From Crocosphaera subtropica ATCC 51142 (GTDB lineage: Bacteria > Cyanobacteriota > Cyanobacteriia > Cyanobacteriales > Microcystaceae): 32,000 nt of DNA. How positions within the stretch are numbered: the stretch's first letter is position 1; each line of letters opens with the position of its first letter. Below are positions 26,997-32,000 of the stretch, in pieces. The position numbers and the translations under genes are program-made. The stretch spans positions 2,610,001-2,642,000 of the forward strand of contig NC_010546.1 of NCBI RefSeq assembly GCF_000017845.1, given 5' to 3'. Below the pieces are notes generated by a model. The model made no database searches. It had not been told where the DNA came from and saw only the letters and a list, made by a program, of their open reading frames with translations.

Positions 26997-27282
26997 AAAT
27001 CCGCTTCATGACTCATCATGAAAATCATGACGGCAAACCCCTCCTCCCCCAATACTACTCCGTTGAGCGCAAAACCTTAGTTGAGACTGCAAGGGAGACG
27101 AGCGACCTAGGTCGGGTTCCCCGACCTAGGGAACGCGCAAGGATAGGGGAGCAGGGGGCAGGGGAGAAAATAGAAAATCTTTTAAGGTACGCTTTTCAAT
27201 GGCGAGGGAACCTCCCCTTGGGTCGCACCTCTCCCTGCTGCCTCTGACTCCCCCTGCTTACCCTACTATAAAGTGCGGATTT
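26997..27282. repeat. GC-rich structured non-coding element (MITE-like or small dispersed repeat) between menG and the next gene
   Basis: It is bounded by aaatccgc (26997-27004) and gcggattt (27275-27282). It contains a perfect 11-bp hairpin, cctaggtcggg (27106-27116), ttc, cccgacctagg (27120-27130). It also has a G-rich tract ggggagcagggggcaggggag (27146-27166) that is partly complementary to the C-rich tract at 27228-27263. The overlapping ORF 27008-27247 has no protein-like features. Confidence 0.35.
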
Positions 27283-27362
27283 TCTCAGTGGTTCAGATGA
27301 AAATTATCTAGTGACTGTTGTTCTCATTGATCATGAAAAATGAATGTTGCTATCGAAATAAG

Positions 27363-27713
27363 TTACTCTTTCGATTGTCTTGACGTTTCCATCTCCGAAG
27401 CCATATTTCGTAAAAAAGCCTGAAGTTTCATCCGTTCAATATAAGGCCATCCTCCCATCTCTTCAATATCCTGTAATAAATCATACAAATCGTTGCGGGT
27501 GTTGGGTAAGGAAGGCTCAAATAAATTAACCCGAATTTCTTGATGTAACCGTTCAAGGGTTCGCAGTAATTCAAGTAACTCGATAGGATCATCCTTAAAT
27601 TGTTGGGATGCTCTATGGACTCTTATGACAATCTCTTCTAGAGACGCTGGAAAAGAACCGTTAGAGGGGTTAAGGGACTGATCAGTTGTTGTCGGTGTGT
27701 TTGCTTGTTCCAT
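27363..27713 (-). CDS. Hypothetical protein (116 aa), probably cyanobacteria-conserved
   Basis: A clean ORF with a low-complexity N-terminus followed by a helical region (ELLELLRTLERLHQEIRVNLFEPSLP..DLYDLLQDIEEMGGWPYIERMKL). I can name no family. Confidence 0.55.
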   Translation of the reverse strand: MEQANTPTTTDQSLNPSNGSFPASLEEIVIRVHRASQQFKDDPIELLELLRTLERLHQEIRVNLFEPSLPNTRNDLYDLLQDIEEMGGWPYIERMKLQAFLRNMASEMETSRQSKE

Positions 27714-27929
27714 CTAAATCCTTGCTCTTTTCCCTAGTCATACCCATGATAAAAGATTTTTGGGTCAAAAGAATTCCTAACTTAAAGGGATGTTGGGGAC
27801 GAATTTTGGTAGAGTAGATCCCGATGCAATTGCCTAACTTGTCCAAAAGACTATAATATTATCTCCTTTATGAGTGATGGCCATAGGGACAAGACATTTT
27901 AATTTGAGATTGACAAAGCGAGGATGATT

Positions 27930-28757
27930 ATGAGGTTTCGCACATTACTAATTGCTTTTCTTGCCTTATGTCTGGGTTTGATTACCGCTTGTAGCGAAGG
28001 ACCAGCTAATGCGGTTAATCCCCAAGACTTAACTTACGACGAAATTTTAAACACTGGACTAGCTAATAAATGTCCCCAAATTTCTGAGTTTACACGGGGT
28101 TCTATTCCCATTGAACCTGGTCAAACCTATTTTGTGGATGATCTGTGTCTCGAACCCCAAGAGTATTTTGTCAAGGAAGAGCCTGTTAATAAACGCCAAG
28201 AAGCAGAATATGTTCCCGGTAAGTTATTAACTCGTTATACCACTAGCTTAGAGCAAATAAGTGGCAAAATTACCGTTGATGAAGATGGGGTGGTTACTTT
28301 CTACGAAGAAGGTGGGATTGATTTCCAACCCGTCACCGTTCAGTTACCTGGAGGAGAACAAGTTCCTTTCTTCTTCACCATCAAAAACTTAGTGGGTAAA
28401 ACTGAGCCTGGGTTTAGTTCTATCAATAGTTCCATTGACTTTGAAGGTGATTTTAGAGTTCCCTCTTACCGTGGTGCAACTTTCCTCGATCCTAAAGGTC
28501 GTGGGTTAGCCACTGGTTATGATAATGCAGTTGCTTTACCTGCAACAGCAGATAAGGAAGACTATGCTAATGTGAAACAAACTCCCATTGGTAAAGGCTC
28601 TATTTCTCTTCAAGTCACTAAAGTAGATCAGGCAACAGGAGAAATTGCCGGGGTATTTGACAGTGAACAGCCTTCTGATACTGATTTAGGAGCGAAAGAG
28701 CCAGTTGAGGTGAAAATTCGGGGTATTTTCTATGCTCGTGTCACCCCTGAAGCATAA
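27930..28757 (+). CDS. psbO: Photosystem II manganese-stabilising protein PsbO
   Basis: Start MRFRTLL (ATG at 27930, GAGG 6 nt upstream), as in other cyanobacterial PsbO proteins. Lipoprotein-like signal LITAC. Diagnostic blocks are LTYDEILNTGLANKCP, LCLEP, QLPGGEQVPFFFTIKNLV, FRVPSYRGATFLDPKGRG and GVFDSEQPSDTDLGAKEP.EVKIRGIFYARV. Confidence 0.97.
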   Translation: MRFRTLLIAFLALCLGLITACSEGPANAVNPQDLTYDEILNTGLANKCPQISEFTRGSIPIEPGQTYFVDDLCLEPQEYFVKEEPVNKRQEAEYVPGKLLTRYTTSLEQISGKITVDEDGVVTFYEEGGIDFQPVTVQLPGGEQVPFFFTIKNLVGKTEPGFSSINSSIDFEGDFRVPSYRGATFLDPKGRGLATGYDNAVALPATADKEDYANVKQTPIGKGSISLQVTKVDQATGEIAGVFDSEQPSDTDLGAKEPVEVKIRGIFYARVTPEA

Positions 28758-28802
28758 GAGGGAAAGGAATGTAACAGAAGTTACATTATCTCCATAAACC
28801 TA

Positions 28803-28826
28803 AGGGGCAGATTGCCCCTTTTTTTG
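28803..28826 (+). terminator. Rho-independent terminator of psbO
   Basis: aGGGGCAgatTGCCCCt hairpin (28803-28819) followed by tttttt, 46 nt after the psbO stop. Confidence 0.75.
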
Positions 28827-29116
28827 ACTTTATCTGAAGTTGAATTTCTTTACAAAACTTTATTATTTGCTGAATGCTAACTGATCTTATCTTCACCCTG
28901 ATGAAAAAGCCCAAAACCCTTGATAGTGGTATTTTACCTCCTAGCCTTTTTCTTAATTGATCCTGATTTTTTCTGCAATCTTGCTCTTGCTCTTGTAAGA
29001 ATTCTTAATAAAAATTTGCACCAAATCAAGATACGCTACACAACTAGGCGGTTTTTTAAACCTTTGTTCATTAAGTCACCGATCTAGTGTTCACTTAAAT
29101 AACAGGAAAAGATAGC

Positions 29117-29836
29117 ATGAGCGTTAATTTAGCAACCATGTTACGGGAAGGCACAAAAAAGTCCCATACAATGGCAGAAAATGTTGGTTTTGTCAAGTGT
29201 TTTTTGAAAGGAGTTGTTGAAAAGAATTCCTATCGAACATTGGTGGCTAATCTCTATTTTGTCTATAGTGCCATGGAAGAAGAAATGGAGAAACTACGCC
29301 ATCATGAATTGGTTTCTAAAATTTACTTTCCCCAGTTGCATCGTAAGCAGTCTTTAGAGAAAGATTTATGCTTTTATTATGGAGCCAATTGGCGCAATGA
29401 AGTGGCTCCTTCTAAAGCAGCCCAAGCTTATGTAGCACGCATCCATGAGGTGGCTCAAACTCAACCTGAGTTATTAGCAGCCCATTCTTATACCCGTTAT
29501 TTAGGAGATTTATCCGGCGGACAAATTCTCAAGAAAATTGCACAACGGGCGATGAATTTAGGGGAAAACGGCGGAACGGCTTTTTATGAGTTTGAAACCA
29601 TTTCCGATGAAAAAGCCTTTAAAAATGAGTATCGTCAAGCATTAAATGAATTACCTATTGACGAAGCAACAGCCGAAAAGATTGTTGATGAAGCTAATGC
29701 AGCTTTTGGCATGAACATGAAAATGTTTATGGAGTTAGAAGGTAACTTAATCAAAGCCATTGGGATTATGCTCTTCAATACTTTAACTCGTCGTCGCAGT
29801 AAAGGAAGCACCGAGTTAGCAGGGGCCGAACAATAA
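29117..29836 (+). CDS. ho1: Heme oxygenase 1
   Basis: 239 aa. LATMLREGTKKSHTMAENVGFVKCFLKGVVEK, HSYTRYLGDLSGGQILKKIA and AAFGMNMKMF are classic HO-1 blocks, including the proximal His in KKSH. Confidence 0.95.
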   Translation: MSVNLATMLREGTKKSHTMAENVGFVKCFLKGVVEKNSYRTLVANLYFVYSAMEEEMEKLRHHELVSKIYFPQLHRKQSLEKDLCFYYGANWRNEVAPSKAAQAYVARIHEVAQTQPELLAAHSYTRYLGDLSGGQILKKIAQRAMNLGENGGTAFYEFETISDEKAFKNEYRQALNELPIDEATAEKIVDEANAAFGMNMKMFMELEGNLIKAIGIMLFNTLTRRRSKGSTELAGAEQ

Positions 29837-29866
29837 CGTTAAACGTTAAGACAATTAAAATTTACA

Positions 29867-29927
29867 TAACAATCCTGACAGCTTGGTTTTGGTTATACTA
29901 ATCGTTATCAAGTTATCAGGATTGTTA
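29867..29927 (+). terminator. 12-bp inverted repeat downstream of ho1, a possible terminator
   Basis: taacaatcctga (29867-29878) pairs with tcaggattgtta (29916-29927). The loop is 37 nt, and the repeat is followed by acttttgg. Confidence 0.35.
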
Positions 29928-29944
29928 ACTTTTGGAATTAGTTA

Positions 29945-30103
29945 TTATTTGAGTTTCTTGAGAGCTTTTTTAGCATAAATCAACGTATCAGGAGCATGAT
30001 AATTTTCTACTAAATTAATCCCTAAAGCAGATTTTATTTTATAAAGGGGATAAATCATAACTACTAAAACTAATAGAGTAAGCGTCACTTTTAAGGGCTT
30101 CAT
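29945..30103 (-). CDS. Possible small single-TM protein, 52 aa; absent from the supplied ORF track
   Basis: My own translation gives MKPLKVTLTLLVLVVMIYPLYKIKSALGINLVENYHAPDTLIYAKKALKKLK*. It has one hydrophobic helix. There is no supporting RBS or family. Confidence 0.3.
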   Translation of the reverse strand: MKPLKVTLTLLVLVVMIYPLYKIKSALGINLVENYHAPDTLIYAKKALKKLK

Positions 30104-30355
30104 AATACTTAAAATAATTAATGATCAAGCTATTTTAGCTATGAATCATCATTACAAACTGATATGACATTCTCATGACGATATTGTGAAACTCAGATGA
30201 TATTGTTTATGATGACATTTAAACTTAGGCAAATAAATATGAAGTTATCTATCAGCTTTAGATAATAATGAAACGAAGACTTAATTTCGTAAGTAAGATT
30301 GAGGTAGAGAAGAAACTCTCGCAAAGAACCTCTCAAAATAATCGAGGTGAGAGAT

Positions 30356-30913
30356 ATGATGACATTCAAGCACAAACTTTTGTCAGTTGCTGGGTTCTCG
30401 ACATTGATGAGTCTATTAATTAGTTCAGGAATGGTTCAAGCTATTCCCCTATGCTATATGGTGAATCAAACAGGTCAAACCCTTGATTTATCTTATATGT
30501 GTAACCCAACTGTTGAGACAAATCAAACCTTAAATAATCAACAAGAAGAACGGACTTTCAGTCGTAGAGTTCCTGTTACTAATCAAACAACACAAGATCA
30601 CTTCAGAACTTACACTGATGTCTACAAATATGTTAACAGCAATGACAATCAAGGAGATTCCTGGAACGATTTTCAATACTATAATCGATTCTTAGAGTTT
30701 CCCAGTACCATGACAGGAAGAACAGCAATTAGACAAGAAATTAGTCCCAGAATTATTAGGTCTGAAGCAGTTAATTTTTATAATGCTGATTCTTCATTTA
30801 ACCAACGACGCTTTACTACCAGAAGACCAGAAGATTTACGAAATGTTTCTAGTCAATATGTTTTAAATGGTCAAGGGGTTCTAGAATTAAGGTATTATAA
30901 TCTGAGTGAATAG
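30356..30913 (+). CDS. Secreted hypothetical protein, N/Q/T-rich
   Basis: I prefer the ATG at 30356 (GAGG 8 nt upstream) over the GTG at 30347. The signal peptide is MMTFKHKLLSVAGFSTLMSLLISSGMVQA-IP. The mature part is rich in N, Q, T and R, and I recognise no domain. Confidence 0.6.
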   Translation: MMTFKHKLLSVAGFSTLMSLLISSGMVQAIPLCYMVNQTGQTLDLSYMCNPTVETNQTLNNQQEERTFSRRVPVTNQTTQDHFRTYTDVYKYVNSNDNQGDSWNDFQYYNRFLEFPSTMTGRTAIRQEISPRIIRSEAVNFYNADSSFNQRRFTTRRPEDLRNVSSQYVLNGQGVLELRYYNLSE

Positions 30914-30952
30914 TATCTTTAGAATACAATGTTTGTGATCATGTTTTAATGT

Positions 30953-30981
30953 GAAGCCTGTTAATTCAGGCTTTATCGTTT
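30953..30981 (+). terminator. Terminator-like hairpin after the secreted-protein gene
   Basis: aagcctg (30954-30960), ttaatt, caggctt (30967-30973), followed by tatcgttt. Confidence 0.45.
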
Positions 30982-31021
30982 AATATATGAAAGTTATAAT
31001 AATATTAGGTGATTTAAAATT

Positions 31022-31585
31022 ATGGTAGAAACCAAAGTCAAACCATTAACTTTAGATGAATTTTTACAACTTCCTGAAACTAAACCAGCACAAGAATATG
31101 TTAATGGTCAAATTACACAAAAACCCATGCCTCAAGGAAAACATAGTCGCATTCAAGCAGAATTAATTATAGCTATTAATGCTATCAGTAAACCTCAAAA
31201 AATTTGTTATGCTTTTCCTGAACTCCGTTGTACTTTTGGCGGTCGTTCTCTGGTTCCTGACATAGTTGTTTTACAATGGGATAGAATTCCCCGTGAGGAA
31301 AATGGGGATATTGCTAATAGTTGTTTGACTTATCCTGATTGGACAATTGAAGTTTTATCACCTAATCAAAATTATGTTAAAGTAACAGGAAATATTTTGC
31401 ACTGTCTTAATTATGGAACTGGTTTAGGTTGGTTAATTGACCCTGAAACTCAATCGATTCTTGTTTTCTTATCTCAACAACAACCCCTATTATTACAAGA
31501 GTCAGAAGATAGTTTACCAGTTCCTGACTTCTTATCTGAACTAAAATTAACGGTAGGTGATATTTTTAGCTGGTTAAAATTGTAA
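31022..31585 (+). CDS. Uma2 family (DUF820) PD-(D/E)xK endonuclease-like protein
   Basis: 187 aa. LTLDEFLQLPETKPAQEYVNGQI.QKPMPQGKHSRIQAEL and PDIVV....W.IEVLSP are the hallmark Uma2 blocks. The family is highly expanded in cyanobacteria. Confidence 0.8.
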   Translation: MVETKVKPLTLDEFLQLPETKPAQEYVNGQITQKPMPQGKHSRIQAELIIAINAISKPQKICYAFPELRCTFGGRSLVPDIVVLQWDRIPREENGDIANSCLTYPDWTIEVLSPNQNYVKVTGNILHCLNYGTGLGWLIDPETQSILVFLSQQQPLLLQESEDSLPVPDFLSELKLTVGDIFSWLKL

Positions 31586-31590
31586 ACTGA

Positions 31591-32000
31591 TCACAGGTCT
31601 TTATTTACTGTTTCTAGCCAATGCAAAAAAATCTGATTAAAGCGATCAGGACATTCATCGTGAGGACAATGACCAGCATTATCTAATTCTTTTAACGTAA
31701 TTTTAGGATTTAACTTAGCAAATTGAGAGGCTAAACTAACAGGAACCATTCTATCTTGGCGACCCCAAACTAATAACATAGGAATGGTTAAATGAGGTAA
31801 AATCGTTTTAACAGGAGGGGCATAATTAGGCTTTCTGAGTCCTTCAAATAATAAACAAAATGTTCTCGCTGCCCCTTTATCTTGAGGGGGAATGGTAATC
31901 ATATCTACTAATTCATCGGTAATGGCTGATTTATCGTAATAAGCAATCCCAACCCAAGGGCGAATAACCCCAGGTCGACGGATAATATTAAAGAGGGTTC
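31591..32000 (-). CDS. Alpha/beta hydrolase, C-terminal part (5' end lies outside the window)
   Basis: The minus-strand frame stays open to position 32000 (..IIRRPGVIRPWVGIAYYDKSAITDELVDMITIPP..), so the Met at 31902 is internal. The C-terminal blocks are PMLLVWGRQDRMVP and AGHCPHDECP (catalytic His region). Confidence 0.75.
   Translation of the reverse strand, partial: TLFNIIRRPGVIRPWVGIAYYDKSAITDELVDMITIPPQDKGAARTFCLLFEGLRKPNYAPPVKTILPHLTIPMLLVWGRQDRMVPVSLASQFAKLNPKITLKELDNAGHCPHDECPDRFNQIFLHWLETVNKDL

Noticed and set aside
27008-27247. 79-aa ORF across the GC-rich element
   Set aside because: Its translation is rich in R, G, E and P and is generated by palindromic and G/C-run DNA. Its coding potential looks like an artefact of the repeat.
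30193-30375. 60-aa minus-strand ORF overlapping the start of the secreted-protein gene
   Set aside because: It is very AT-rich, dominated by I, L and N, and antisense to the promoter and start region of a better-supported gene.
1-32000. Search for tRNA, rRNA, tmRNA, RNase P RNA, CRISPR arrays, transposases and integrases
   Set aside because: I saw no cloverleaf-like GTTCRANNC T-arm context, no conserved RNase P or tmRNA blocks, no regularly spaced 25-40-nt direct repeats, and no transposase- or integrase-like ORF. A covariance-model scan (Infernal/tRNAscan) would be needed for certainty.
26676-32000. Absence of HIP1 as evidence that the psbO-ho1 end of the window is foreign
   Set aside because: psbO and ho1 are core genes. 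A HIP1-free stretch of this size therefore occurs in native DNA, which also weakens HIP1 absence as evidence for the R-M island.

Overview
The window reads as a chromosomal segment of a low-GC unicellular cyanobacterium, Cyanothece/Crocosphaera-like by overall look; I cannot confirm the species without a search. The evidence is psbO, heme oxygenase, a ferrochelatase with a C-terminal CAB helix, 4-hydroxybenzoate prenyltransferase, a UbiE/MenG-type methyltransferase, a group-3 sigma factor, and 16 hand-counted perfect copies of the HIP1 palindrome GCGATCGC. Most genes are ordinary housekeeping genes.

Gene order:
- Histidine kinase 3' end, Sfp-type PPTase, rmlD and long-form rmlA.
- A very AT-rich convergent pair: an unknown 387-aa protein and an m5C DNA methyltransferase, probably a type II R-M island.
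- ArgZ/AgrE-type bifunctional arginine dihydrolase.
- A DUF29-like protein and an untracked 50-aa double CxxCxGxG zinc-finger ORF.
- Bifunctional class II aldolase/SDR.
- A complete phosphite uptake/oxidation operon, ptxABCD.
- Two small exported proteins (glycine-zipper and HdeA-like).
- ubiA tightly coupled to a DUF364 gene.
- sigF-like sigma factor.
- A 1201-aa NACHT-type STAND NTPase carrying 12 exact-period 34-aa HEAT-like repeats and uncharacterised N- and C-terminal regions.
- hemH, a DUF445 protein, menG, a conserved hypothetical, psbO, ho1, a secreted N/Q/T-rich protein, a Uma2 endonuclease and an alpha/beta hydrolase 3' end.

I found no rRNA, tRNA, CRISPR array, transposase or integrase.

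The best candidates for something new are the NACHT-HEAT STAND protein, the AT-rich R-M-like island with an unassignable partner, the ubiA-DUF364 coupling, and two structured GC-rich non-coding patches (24.4-24.85 kb and 27.0-27.3 kb). All functional calls rest on motif recognition by eye. No database search was run.
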